NCBI GenBank assembly: GCA_964653655.1
Contig: CAZZHG010000009.1
Location: 11,301-75,300 of the forward strand
DNA from: an uncultured Pseudobdellovibrionaceae bacterium
Lineage (GTDB): Bacteria; Bdellovibrionota; FAC87; UBA2466
Direction: 5' to 3'
DNA length: 64,000 bases
Shown: positions 27,264 to 36,445 of the stretch, piece after piece
How the letters are laid out: the number at the start of each line of letters is the position of its first letter
Numbering within the stretch: position 1 is the first letter of the stretch
The notes under the pieces: generated by a model
Seen by the model: only the letters and a program-made list of their open reading frames with translations
Databases searched by the model: none
Told to the model about the DNA's origin: nothing
Program-made: the position numbers and the translations under genes

Positions 27264-28631
27264 TTAACGAGGCCGGGCCGGCTTCGGGCTTTTCAAAATC
27301 TCCTCCGCCGCCGCAATTCCGGTAAGGTAGGCCCCGTGCACGGTGGCGTTGGTGGTGCGGTGGACCGCCTCTCCGGCGAAAAACACCTTTCCATCGACGG
27401 AACTTCCTAGAGCGGCTCGATCGGAGGCTTTCGCGCCGACGGCGCCTACCGAGTAGGAACCGAGTGCGAACGGATCGGTGCTCCAGCGGCTCACCAGCGA
27501 ACCCGTCGGCTCCGGCGCTTTCCGTTTGAACATGGCGCCTAGAATCTTCACTACCCGCGCCGTGTTCTCGGCGTCGGAGCGCGTTTCCATCTCCCGGCCC
27601 GCGTCGCCCGCGACGTGACCGGCGAGCATCGGTTTTTTCGCAATGCCAGTGAGATCCAGGAAGAAGGGAAATTCCGAATCCGCGCAGCCGAACGTTTCGC
27701 CGCCAGGCGGCCACCAGACCTTCTCGAACGTCAGGAATACTTTGTTGAAGCAGCCCACGCCCAGACGACGAATGGCATCGCTTTTTTCGGACGGCAGGTC
27801 AGGGGTAAAAACCACACTGCCGCTTTTCAAAACCCCAAGGGGCAGCGTCACGATAATTTTTTTGGCGGTAAACTCTCCCCGCGACGTTTTTACGACGATA
27901 GCGGCACCGGAATAGTCGACGGCGGATACCCGGTGCCCCAAACGGATGTCCAGGTTCCGGCTCATCGCTTGGGCAAGGCCCGCGTATCCGCTCTTCGTCA
28001 GCAAAAGATCGTCGCCCACGAAGGCGACGTCCTCGGCCTGCATGTGCGGCGACACCCGATCGAGATCTTCACTGTAAAGGGTGGTTAGACCAGCCCTCCG
28101 CCACTGAACGATTTGCGGATGTTTTTGCGCGAGCGGGTCTTTCGCCAAGGCCTCTTTGAGCAAATCCCCCAGGGGGCGCGCTTCGGCCTTTTTATAGATT
28201 TGCCCCAGCGCCGCTTTCACGACGGCTCTTACGGCCAGCACTTCTTTCGGGTCGAAGTGTTTTCCCTCGAGATTGTAGAGCGCACCCAAGTCCCACTCGG
28301 TCGCCCGAACGGGAAGACCGAATTTTTTTGCGATCGGAACGAGGGGATTGCGTTCGGCGTCGTGAAGCCAGGCAGCGCCTAAATCCACGGGGTGCCCGAG
28401 CGAGGCGTTGGTCCACATACGGCCGCCGATCCGATCGCGCCCCTCCAAAACGAGGACGGAACTACCCTGCCGCCGGAGCTCGCTCGCCGCGGCGATGCCG
28501 GCCATGCCGGCGCCGATGACGATCACGTCACTCGACCGATTGGTCTGCGCGAGAGTGATTTTTCCAAAGGGAGAAGTGGCGACGAAAGCACCAATTCCGG
28601 AACGAAGAAAACTGCGGCGGCTGATCGGCAT
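27264..28631 (-). CDS. Tat-exported flavin-containing amine oxidase (polyamine/monoamine oxidase family)
   Basis: Twin-arginine motif MPISRRSFLRSGIGAFVA. FAD dinucleotide fold VIVIGAGMAGIAAA...EGRDRIGGR. The start is set at the Met preceding the Tat signal; the ORF track extends further, to 28859. Confidence 0.7.
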   Translation of the reverse strand: MPISRRSFLRSGIGAFVATSPFGKITLAQTNRSSDVIVIGAGMAGIAAASELRRQGSSVLVLEGRDRIGGRMWTNASLGHPVDLGAAWLHDAERNPLVPIAKKFGLPVRATEWDLGALYNLEGKHFDPKEVLAVRAVVKAALGQIYKKAEARPLGDLLKEALAKDPLAQKHPQIVQWRRAGLTTLYSEDLDRVSPHMQAEDVAFVGDDLLLTKSGYAGLAQAMSRNLDIRLGHRVSAVDYSGAAIVVKTSRGEFTAKKIIVTLPLGVLKSGSVVFTPDLPSEKSDAIRRLGVGCFNKVFLTFEKVWWPPGGETFGCADSEFPFFLDLTGIAKKPMLAGHVAGDAGREMETRSDAENTARVVKILGAMFKRKAPEPTGSLVSRWSTDPFALGSYSVGAVGAKASDRAALGSSVDGKVFFAGEAVHRTTNATVHGAYLTGIAAAEEILKSPKPARPR

Positions 28632-28748
28632 GCGAGGTCCTGAAAAGGCGAAGCTATTTGGGCTTTTAACAGGGTAGGGATTCGGCCCGCGGGGGTCAAC
28701 CAGGTCCTGTTTCGGGGCCCTTGCGGCGGCATCCGGCTTTCGACTAAG

Positions 28749-29189
28749 TTGCGGCCCATGGATGCGAACCAGCGCGCGGAATTCGAGCTTACCTTCCTCG
28801 AGCCCATCAAAGCCGGGCATGTCTTTTTCTACGATACGGAGACCGACGAAGTCGTCCACATGCGCCGGGACATCTTCGAAGCGGCCCGGCTGAACAGCGA
28901 AGGGATGGACCTCGAGCTTACCGAATCCGAACAGCTCGATGCGGAAGATGCGTGGGAGATTTTAGCCGACGGAGAAGGCCGCTATCTCAAAATGCCGCCT
29001 CCCCCTCGGAAAGAGCTTCATGAGTGGGATCGCAAATTCCAGGCCTCCGGCGCCGAAGACCGGGACGACTATTTCGCCAGCCGAATGATTCAGTATCTGT
29101 CCAGCTGGCTGGATAGTCTGAAGGTCGAACCCGTGAAACCCGCCACCTCGGACTTGGGGCTTCGCAGCCGATCCCGGCCGACCGCTTAA
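28749..29189 (+). CDS. Hypothetical acidic protein
   Basis: 146-aa ORF in the divergent position from the amine oxidase gene. No recognisable domain. Confidence 0.3.
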   Translation: MRPMDANQRAEFELTFLEPIKAGHVFFYDTETDEVVHMRRDIFEAARLNSEGMDLELTESEQLDAEDAWEILADGEGRYLKMPPPPRKELHEWDRKFQASGAEDRDDYFASRMIQYLSSWLDSLKVEPVKPATSDLGLRSRSRPTA

Positions 29190-29300
29190 AAACCAGCAAC
29201 GCCTATTCTCCCCGACTCTTTCCGGACAAAACTGTAACTGCCTCGGGCGGCCCCTCCCCGGCATGATGACTACAGTTCGAATACACTCTTTGGAGGCCCC

Positions 29301-30059
29301 ATGAAGTACCGCATCGCTTTGACCGTGGCCCTTCTGTCGCTGGCGCTTTGCGCGTGTTCCAAGCGCGTCGCCGTTCCGCTCGTTCAGGCGAGGGACCCAA
29401 ACGCCGCCCCCGAAAGGCCGGCGCTCGGTTTCGGAGAAGAGAGCGACATCGGCGTCGGCTTCCGTAGCGTTTCGGTAGCGGTGCCTCCGCCGGGCATGGT
29501 CTTTAACGTCGCCGACGAATTCGATCCGTTCTTCTACCTGACCATCTACCCGGATGTGGATCGGGCGATCGCGCTCGGTACCTATCAGGGAACGCCCTAT
29601 TCTCATTATCTGGAGTACGGGCAGTTCGAGGGCAGAAGCCCCAACGGAAGTTTCGACGAGACTTGGTACCGGCGTGCCAATCCCGACGTCGTGGAGGCCA
29701 TTCGGGCAGGTCAGTTCGTCTCGGGCTTCTCGCACTTCTTGCAGAGCGGAATCTTCGAGGCACGCAGGCCCAATTCGGGCTGGCTCGTGCCCCTCGAGGC
29801 CTTCGACCCCGACTTCTATTTCCAAACGAACCCCGACGTGGCCGACGCCATCCGCGCGGGCACGATGCGCTCCCCGCTCATTCACTACGTGCTCTACGGG
29901 CAATACGAGCGCCGCAGTCCCTCGCCGGCCTTTAACGAACGCGCTTACCTGGAGGCGAATCCGGACGTCGCGGCCGCCGTGGAGGCGGGCCGGCTGGTGT
30001 CGGGCCTGCAGCACTGGGTGACGTATGGCCGCGCCGAAGGCCGCCCGGCGATTCGGTAA
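29301..30059 (+). CDS. Lipoprotein with four ~45-aa repeats (F/Y..NPDV..AI.AG...SG..H....G..EGR.P)
   Basis: Lipobox LALCACS. RBS GGAGG. Four clear repeats, each containing NPDV and EGRSP / ERRSP / EGRPA. Confidence 0.55.
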   Translation: MKYRIALTVALLSLALCACSKRVAVPLVQARDPNAAPERPALGFGEESDIGVGFRSVSVAVPPPGMVFNVADEFDPFFYLTIYPDVDRAIALGTYQGTPYSHYLEYGQFEGRSPNGSFDETWYRRANPDVVEAIRAGQFVSGFSHFLQSGIFEARRPNSGWLVPLEAFDPDFYFQTNPDVADAIRAGTMRSPLIHYVLYGQYERRSPSPAFNERAYLEANPDVAAAVEAGRLVSGLQHWVTYGRAEGRPAIR

Positions 30060-30099
30060 GTGCCGGAGGGTTTCCATTCGACGGTAAACGGACTATACG

Positions 30100-30609
30100 G
30101 TGTCTCTAATGGAGAATCAGCCGTGCCCCACGATACGAACGCTGGCCGCAAAGAAGCTGGTGGGCTTCAGGCGGAAGATGTCCTTGGCGGACAATAAGAC
30201 ATCCGAGCTTTGGCGAAGCTTTCTGACGAGAAGGCACGAAATTCCCGGTGCGGTGGGAACGGATCTTTATTCGCTTCAGATCTACGACGACAAGTACTTC
30301 GCCCCGTTCAGCCCGATGAAGGAATTCGAAAAGTGGGCGGCCGTCGAAGTCGCGGACTTCGATCGGATTCCGGACGGGATGGAGAGGCTTTCCTTGGGCG
30401 GCGGTTTGTACGCCGTCTTTCCTCATAAGGGGGCCGCCGCCACGGCTCCGAAAGCATTTCAGTACATTCTTGGAACCTGGCTGCCCAGCTCTCCGTATGT
30501 TCTAGATAGCCGTCCCCACTTCGAGCAGCTCGGGGATCGCTACAAGAACGACGATCCCGATTCGGAAGAGGAGATTTGGATCCCCGTCAGGAAGAAGGGT
30601 TCGCCTTGA
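30100..30609 (+). CDS. GyrI-like small-molecule-binding domain protein
   Basis: 169 aa with the GyrI-like pattern (..LYAVFPHKG... EIWIPV). Confidence 0.5.
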   Translation: MSLMENQPCPTIRTLAAKKLVGFRRKMSLADNKTSELWRSFLTRRHEIPGAVGTDLYSLQIYDDKYFAPFSPMKEFEKWAAVEVADFDRIPDGMERLSLGGGLYAVFPHKGAAATAPKAFQYILGTWLPSSPYVLDSRPHFEQLGDRYKNDDPDSEEEIWIPVRKKGSP

Positions 30610-30824
30610 ACCCGGCCGAATATCTGCGGCGGTTCGCGGCTGCGCGCATGCCCTTCGGGAAATACAAAGGCACTCGTCTCGTCGATTTGCCCGAATCATA
30701 CGTGGTGTGGTTTTCGCGGGAAGGTTTTCCCGAGGGAGAGCTAGGCGAAATGCTGAAGCTCGTCTACGAGATCAAAGTGAACGGCCTGGAATATCTCTTT
30801 CCCGAAGCGCCGCAACACCCCTGA
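30576..30824 (+). CDS. DUF3820-family small protein. Start ambiguous: the ATG at 30576 overlaps the upstream gene, and TTG at 30606 is an alternative
   Basis: RMPFGKYKGTRLVDLPESYVVWFSREGFPEGELGEMLKLVYEIKVNGL matches the DUF3820 signature. Confidence 0.5.
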   Translation: MDPRQEEGFALNPAEYLRRFAAARMPFGKYKGTRLVDLPESYVVWFSREGFPEGELGEMLKLVYEIKVNGLEYLFPEAPQHP

Positions 30825-30828
30825 GCCT

Positions 30829-31659
30829 CTATTTTCGGTGAGTCTCTGGAGTCTTCGGCGAAGCCGCTCCGTGGACTGGCATCTCGCCGGACGGAATCTG
30901 GGCGCACGCCATCGCGTAATCCCGCTCGTCGCGTAAGCTCAGTTTTCCGTCGCGCGAGTTGAGACAAGCGAAGGCCTGTTCTCCCGTGCGCCCGCCGGCG
31001 CAGGCCCACGTCATCGAGGGGAGGTAGGTGAGGATGCCGAGCTGGCTGCGGATATGCTTGATGCAGGGAATGGCGGAAGCGCCCCCGTTGCCGCCGCCGC
31101 AAGCGCCCGCCAGAAACGGTGAAGTCAATTTGGCCGCGCGAAGCGCGGTGAAGCACGCCGTCGCTTGAGCTGCCGTGCTTCCGCCCTGACAAGCCGATAG
31201 GTGAAGCGGTTCGTAACCGGGTAACGCCATCATGGCTTCGGCGCAGCTCCAGGCCTCCTCGAAGGATCGGTCTCCGCCGCACGCGTAGGCCAGATCTTTT
31301 TCGTACCGGACGCGCGGATTTTTTTCCTTCCACTTCGCTTCCATGAAGTCGATGCAGGCGGCCGCGCGCTTGCCGGTCGCGCCTCCCGCGCAAGCACCGG
31401 CGAGCGTCCAGAAACCAGAGGCGATCACCGGCCGTCCGCTGGCTCCCTCGGTTTTGCCGCGGCCGTCGCGGAGGGCCTCCAAGCACGGGATGGCCCGCTC
31501 CGCGGTGTTGTCGCCGCCGCAGGCGGCCGCCATGTTCGGATAAAAATTGGGGAGGAAGTGCGCCCGGACGCCCTGAACGCAGCTCGCGGGAGTTGCCGCG
31601 GCCGCCCCCGCGAAGACGGGAAACCAAACGAGTGCGATCCGATTGATGAGGTGATGCAT
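30829..31659 (-). CDS. Secreted Cys-rich protein with about seven repeats of an A(C)GG..(x6-8)..A..C motif
   Basis: Signal peptide. RBS GGAGG. Repeats such as AACGGDNTAERAIPC, AGACAGGATGKRAAAC, AYACGGDRSFEEAWSC, SACQGGSTAAQATAC, AGACGGGNGGASAIPC, TWACAGGRTGEQAFAC. Confidence 0.5.
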   Translation of the reverse strand: MHHLINRIALVWFPVFAGAAAATPASCVQGVRAHFLPNFYPNMAAACGGDNTAERAIPCLEALRDGRGKTEGASGRPVIASGFWTLAGACAGGATGKRAAACIDFMEAKWKEKNPRVRYEKDLAYACGGDRSFEEAWSCAEAMMALPGYEPLHLSACQGGSTAAQATACFTALRAAKLTSPFLAGACGGGNGGASAIPCIKHIRSQLGILTYLPSMTWACAGGRTGEQAFACLNSRDGKLSLRDERDYAMACAQIPSGEMPVHGAASPKTPETHRK

Positions 31660-31756
31660 CTCAAACCTCCGAATGCCCCAATTCTACCACCGGGTCGTCG
31701 TTTAAGTTCGGAATGCTCGGTGGACGTCACTCGGGCGGGTTGCTAACCTGTCCCCC

Positions 31757-32113
31757 ATGCCGAACGAAAGCGCCTGTCCGAAATGCCAATCCGAAAGCAT
31801 CTACGAGAACGCCGGGCTATGGACCTGCCTGGAGTGCTCCCACGAGTGGAACCAGTGGGAGACGGCAAAGACCGCCGAGCCTGAGGCAACGGAACAAGGC
31901 GTTCGCGACGCTTACGGAAATGCTTTGAGCACCGGAGACTCGATCACCGTCATAAAGGATCTGAAGGTGAAGGGGTCCAGCTCGGTCGTGAAGGTGGGCA
32001 CCAAAGTGAAGAACATCCGCATCGTCGACAGTACCGACGGCCACAACATCGCTTGCCGCATTGAGGGAATCGGGGCGATGAATCTGAAATCAGAGTTCGT
32101 GAAGAAGGCCTGA
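31757..32113 (+). CDS. phnA: PhnA-family protein (N-terminal zinc ribbon plus C-terminal PhnA domain)
   Basis: CPKC...CLEC zinc ribbon and the conserved [29 protein letters not shown]...[16 protein letters not shown] block. Confidence 0.8.
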   Translation: MPNESACPKCQSESIYENAGLWTCLECSHEWNQWETAKTAEPEATEQGVRDAYGNALSTGDSITVIKDLKVKGSSSVVKVGTKVKNIRIVDSTDGHNIACRIEGIGAMNLKSEFVKKA

Positions 32114-32118
32114 CCGGA

Positions 32119-32343
32119 ATGAAGATCGAGATTCAGGTCAAGCCGAACTCCCGCGTGGAGGGCGTGGAGAAAACCGGGGAAAACTCTTACAAGGTCTCCG
32201 TAAACGCTCCCCCTGTCGAAGGGCGCGCGAACACCGCCGTCATCGAGCTGCTGTCGGAGTATTTCAACGTGGCGAAAAGCGCCATCACGATATTGCGCGG
32301 CCAATCCGGCAAACGGAAGCTCGTTGAAATCCGGGAGGACTGA
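32119..32343 (+). CDS. DUF167 (YggU-family) protein
   Basis: 74 aa. The pattern V.V.A.P.EG.AN.A...LL matches YggU/DUF167. Confidence 0.65.
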   Translation: MKIEIQVKPNSRVEGVEKTGENSYKVSVNAPPVEGRANTAVIELLSEYFNVAKSAITILRGQSGKRKLVEIRED

Positions 32344-32403
32344 GCCGGCGCGTCCCATTATTTACTGACGGCCCGAATTCGTTCGGGTAAAAGATCGGCT
32401 TCC

Positions 32404-32853
32404 ATGAAAAAGCACCAGGATCTCTTAACCGTTCTGCGATCGCACAAGATGCGGATCACGCCGGCACGCAGAGCGCTGCTGCAATTCATTCTGGACAATG
32501 AGTCCCGTCAGCTATCGTTAAAAGATTTCCATAACTTCATGGATAGGACACTTGCGGGCGTGGACAGGTCCAGCATCTACCGCAACATAGAGATGTTCAA
32601 AAAACTGGACATCATTCAGGAGCTAAATCTCCCAAGTCACGGAAAGCGCTTTCAGTACGTTTTCGACAAGAAAGTGCATCACTACTACATCTGTAAATGG
32701 TGCGGAAAACTGAACCGCGGCAATCAGGCTCTGTTCGAAAAAATCAATCGGGCCCTCAAAGGCATAAGCGGCTTTTCGAAGGCGAACCTTTCCCTCATTT
32801 TCTACGGTTACTGCAGCGGTTGCGCGAAGGGCTTTGCGGACTCCAAACGTTAG
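32404..32853 (+). CDS. Fur-family metalloregulator (Fur/Zur/PerR-like)
   Basis: N-terminal winged helix (R.T..R..LL..L), metal-site His-rich region (HHYYICKWCG), C-terminal CSGC. Confidence 0.7.
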   Translation: MKKHQDLLTVLRSHKMRITPARRALLQFILDNESRQLSLKDFHNFMDRTLAGVDRSSIYRNIEMFKKLDIIQELNLPSHGKRFQYVFDKKVHHYYICKWCGKLNRGNQALFEKINRALKGISGFSKANLSLIFYGYCSGCAKGFADSKR

Positions 32854-33440
32854 TGCAGCTCTTTCACCCAGAGGCAAAGCGCGTCGCTCCCAATTTTTTC
32901 CCGGCGGGCCAGGCGAAAGTGGGCGCTTCGGAGGTCGACGCCCGATCCGTGATACGTAACGACACGCGTCCCCTCTTTCAGAGGGCGAAGCCGCTCGAGC
33001 GCTTGCGCGGTGTATTTGAGAAACTTTTCCTCACCGAGGCTGACGTTTGCGTCGATAGGGGAGGAATCGTCGAGGTTCTCGTGGAACGGATTGAAGAAGT
33101 AGAAGGCGTCGAAGCCGCTCCAATCCACCTCCTGGAAGTTGCCCGCCAGAAACCGTACCCGGGGGACTTTCAGCAGCCGGACGAGAGCCGAGGCCTCCCT
33201 GACCAGCCAGGGGCGCTGCTCCACCCCGACGAACTCGGCGGAACTCGTCAATGCTCCGACAAGGCATAGCTTGCCTGCGCCAGCCCCCACATCGAGGACC
33301 CTGACGGGTCGGCCGCCGGTAAGCAATTGGGCGGCTCGGATGGCCACGCAAACCGGGGTCCAATGCCGCCCGGCAAGCTTTCTCGCGCGGGGGGAGAGGA
33401 TTTCGTCGAAATAGAAGTCGCTGACGACGTCTCCGCTCAT
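32850..33440 (-). CDS. Putative class I SAM-dependent methyltransferase (tandem paralog 1). The start is uncertain and could lie further upstream at a non-ATG codon
   Basis: VLDVGAGAGKL glycine-rich motif I. Paralogous over its full length to the 33569-34261 product (HWTPV...VLDVG.G.GK.C.VG.LT.......VGVEQRP). Confidence 0.45.
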   Translation of the reverse strand: MSGDVVSDFYFDEILSPRARKLAGRHWTPVCVAIRAAQLLTGGRPVRVLDVGAGAGKLCLVGALTSSAEFVGVEQRPWLVREASALVRLLKVPRVRFLAGNFQEVDWSGFDAFYFFNPFHENLDDSSPIDANVSLGEEKFLKYTAQALERLRPLKEGTRVVTYHGSGVDLRSAHFRLARREKIGSDALCLWVKELH

Positions 33441-33568
33441 CAGGGCGGCCGCTACACTTGCGCCGAAGCCCAGATCGAATCGCCATTTCTCGCCTGCGTC
33501 GGGCCGGGTACCCCTATCCCGTGAATCGGAAGCAAAGCGGTCGCAACGTCTTTCTCGTACCGGCACGG

Positions 33569-34261
33569 CTAGATTACCTTCTCCCAGCAGGCTAGATAGT
33601 CCGCTCCCCATTTTTCGCGGCAAACCAAGTCATAGTTCGGCGGCATGTCTCCGCCGAAGCCATGAAAGGTCACCACCCTGGTGCCCGGCTCGAGGCGGCT
33701 TAAGGCTATTTGAACGAACCGGACGAGCCCGACGTAGCGCTCTCCGCCGGCCTCGATGGTGTCGTCGATGCGATGATCCGCCTGGTAGAGAAGTTCCACG
33801 AAGGGGTTGTATAGATAGAATCCGGTGAACTGAGACCAGTCCATTTGCTCCATCTGGCAATTCAGGAAACTCACGCGGGGAAGGCCGTGCCTTCGAACCA
33901 ATGCGCTGGCAAAGTCGGCTAAGTGCGGTCTCTGTTCGACGCCGACGTAGGTGGCTTCCGTGGTCAGGGAGCCGACGATGCAGAATTTGCCCGGCCCGGA
34001 GCCTACGTCGAGAATTCTCGAGCTATCATCGACCGAGAGCATTTCGGCGGCGCGCCGGGCGACGCCGACGGGCGTCCAGTGTATGAAGGACTTGTCCCTT
34101 ATCCGATTGATGAAAACGCGATCGAACTCCCTATCCGAGACCATCTCGCCTTCGGATAGACGGCGGAGGACTTCGGGGAAATCGGGCAGGCCGGAGTCCA
34201 GGTAAACGATTTGGGTCTGTGAGTCCATCGGTTCGCCCCGAATTGTACACAGACGCAACAT
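33569..34261 (-). CDS. Putative class I SAM-dependent methyltransferase (tandem paralog 2)
   Basis: ILDVGSGPGKF motif I. Paralog of the upstream neighbour. Confidence 0.5.
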   Translation of the reverse strand: MLRLCTIRGEPMDSQTQIVYLDSGLPDFPEVLRRLSEGEMVSDREFDRVFINRIRDKSFIHWTPVGVARRAAEMLSVDDSSRILDVGSGPGKFCIVGSLTTEATYVGVEQRPHLADFASALVRRHGLPRVSFLNCQMEQMDWSQFTGFYLYNPFVELLYQADHRIDDTIEAGGERYVGLVRFVQIALSRLEPGTRVVTFHGFGGDMPPNYDLVCREKWGADYLACWEKVI

Positions 34262-34286
34262 GATGCAATAGCAAAAAGGAGCGTTA

Positions 34287-34652
34287 ATGGATTGGCTACC
34301 GGAGGCTGCGGGCCGTCCTGAAGTGTTTTCTCCGAAGGGTCTCGCCTCCGGACTTTCGATTTACCTCATGACCCAGAAGCTGGGCAGCTCCGCCGCCGCC
34401 CATTGCGATATGAGCTTGGAGACGGGCATGAAGTTGGAAGTGAAACCTGGACGTCAGACTTTCGATCTCGCCCCGTTCGTGCTCGAGCGCGAACGGCAAT
34501 CGCCGAAGCTCGTAGTACTTTGCGCGGTGAACCCTGCCGTTCGGCAGGACAAGCCCAACCTCCAAGCGGGCTTCCCGTTGCGTTCGTACGCCATTATCGA
34601 CGACCTGACCGCGCCCAGGCACTTGGGCGAAAAGCTCAACTTGGTACCTTAG
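34287..34652 (+). CDS. Hypothetical protein
   Basis: 121-aa ORF with no recognisable domain. Weak call. Confidence 0.25.
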   Translation: MDWLPEAAGRPEVFSPKGLASGLSIYLMTQKLGSSAAAHCDMSLETGMKLEVKPGRQTFDLAPFVLERERQSPKLVVLCAVNPAVRQDKPNLQAGFPLRSYAIIDDLTAPRHLGEKLNLVP

Positions 34653-34810
34653 CCCTCACTCCCCGCCGGTTACGGACAGTAACCATAAGACAAAAAACAT
34701 GTAGTTACAGATGGTTACCGAGATTCCCCTCACTCTGTCGAGAAGGGGTCATTTTCCACTACGCCACGCGTCACAATTGTGGTTATTCTCCCCCATCCTC
34801 TGGAGATGGT

Positions 34811-36445
34811 GTGCAACAGACCAAGCTCGCTTTGGTTCTCATAGCTTTGGGACTCGTCTGCCCGGTGGCCGTAAACGCCGCCGATGGTCCCGTGCGCTCC
34901 TTTGTGACCAATACCGTTCTCTCGCGCCTCAGTCAGATGGGGCAAAGCATTGCGGCCCCAATCAAGCAGGCGCTTTGCCTTAAACCGGAAGAAGAATCCT
35001 CCATTCTCCGTCCCGACGGCATGGTCCTTTCGGGTGAGCTGGATTTCGCGAAACTATTGCCGGCGACCCGCGCGACGGGCCTTTCGACTTCCCTCGGAGG
35101 ATTCCTCTGGATGACCTATGCGAGGGGCGAGGAAGACGTCCACGTACAGGCGTACATCGTCCCCAGCGCGGGGATGGGAGTTCCGGGCGCTTCCGCGAAG
35201 GAAGTCCCGGGCAACGCGTACGTCGGTCTCGCGTTCAATTGCGCCACGAACCCGCACCAGTCCGATTACTTTCTCGAAGTGGGAGCCGGCGGTCCGTTGG
35301 GATTCAATTTCTTTTTCGACATGAACGTCCAGAATTTGATGGAGAAGGCGATGCTCGCCGGCGATCCGTCGAACACGCCGCGGACGTTCGAGAAGATCAT
35401 GAGTACCGCGCGCACGGCCGAGCCCGAGCTGCGCGAAGCGGTCGATGAGCTCGACCGGCGCAGCCGCTCCGTCGAGGGTGAGTTGGGCAACAGGCTTCTG
35501 TCGGCGTACGTACCACGCTGGCACGACGACGATCCCGCCGAGGGGCGCCCGATTTCCCATTGGATCGACGAAACGGCGAAGGCCGCTCAGGCCACCGCCC
35601 GTCTTTCGTCTTCCGCCGACAATCTCACCCGCCGGGTCGAGGATTTCTTGGCCCGCCTGAAGGGAGCCTCCGAAGATCCCCTCGAAAGGGTTCAGCTCGA
35701 AGTCGACGTCCAGCAGCTGTATCTGGATTTGGGTGGTGCGATTCGGACGCTCGCGCTCGCGACGTTCCCGCTCACCATCGGCCGAAGCCGCCGCGAGCTC
35801 TTCGCGAAGATGACGGACGAGGGCGTGAGGGATTTCTGGATCAAGCGGCCCTCCGGGAATTACCGGCACTACTGCTTTCCGACGGATCGTTTCATCGCGG
35901 TGAATAGCCGCGCCGAGGGCGGCTGGACCAAGAAGTATTACGATTGCCACTCGGGCTCGCTGCTCAGGCAGGCGCCGTACGATTCCGCGCGGGCGTGGCT
36001 GCGCGCGAGCCGTACTCTCGTCGAGCGGGCCGACAACTACCGAGCGGCTCTCTGGGATTTGACTCACGTCGTGAATAACACGTACGCGCAGTACCTCACC
36101 GGACAGAAGGTGCGGCCCGAGTCGGTACGCGTGGGCGGCACTTATACGGGACCCGTCTTCACGGGCTGTTTCGGCATCGAAGTTTCGCTGGTCTCTCTGG
36201 CGAAAACCGGAGCGGCTCTCTTTCGCCAGGCGAGCGCGCTCGCCCGAAACGCCTTGTCGACGACTCCGGCTTCGGCGACTGAGCTCGTGGCGACGATGGG
36301 AACTCAGGTGGCCGATCTCGGGTATCCGCCGTGGAGTCCCTCGGCGAGCCTTTCCTACCCCTACGCGGTAGGGAAAGAGGTCAAGATTCCCCTGACCTCC
36401 ATGCCGAAGCTGTGGCGGATGGTATTCGCCGGCGAATGCGAATAG
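34811..36445 (+). CDS. Large secreted protein of unknown function. Start set at the GTG preceding the signal peptide
   Basis: Signal peptide VQQTKLALVLIALGLVCPVAVNA. 544 aa. The long ORF upstream of 34811 has no in-frame ATG. Confidence 0.45.
   Translation: MQQTKLALVLIALGLVCPVAVNAADGPVRSFVTNTVLSRLSQMGQSIAAPIKQALCLKPEEESSILRPDGMVLSGELDFAKLLPATRATGLSTSLGGFLWMTYARGEEDVHVQAYIVPSAGMGVPGASAKEVPGNAYVGLAFNCATNPHQSDYFLEVGAGGPLGFNFFFDMNVQNLMEKAMLAGDPSNTPRTFEKIMSTARTAEPELREAVDELDRRSRSVEGELGNRLLSAYVPRWHDDDPAEGRPISHWIDETAKAAQATARLSSSADNLTRRVEDFLARLKGASEDPLERVQLEVDVQQLYLDLGGAIRTLALATFPLTIGRSRRELFAKMTDEGVRDFWIKRPSGNYRHYCFPTDRFIAVNSRAEGGWTKKYYDCHSGSLLRQAPYDSARAWLRASRTLVERADNYRAALWDLTHVVNNTYAQYLTGQKVRPESVRVGGTYTGPVFTGCFGIEVSLVSLAKTGAALFRQASALARNALSTTPASATELVATMGTQVADLGYPPWSPSASLSYPYAVGKEVKIPLTSMPKLWRMVFAGECE

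Noticed and set aside
35054-36067. 337-aa ORF antisense to the large secreted protein gene
   Set aside because: Shadow ORF. The sense strand has a signal peptide and a better start context.
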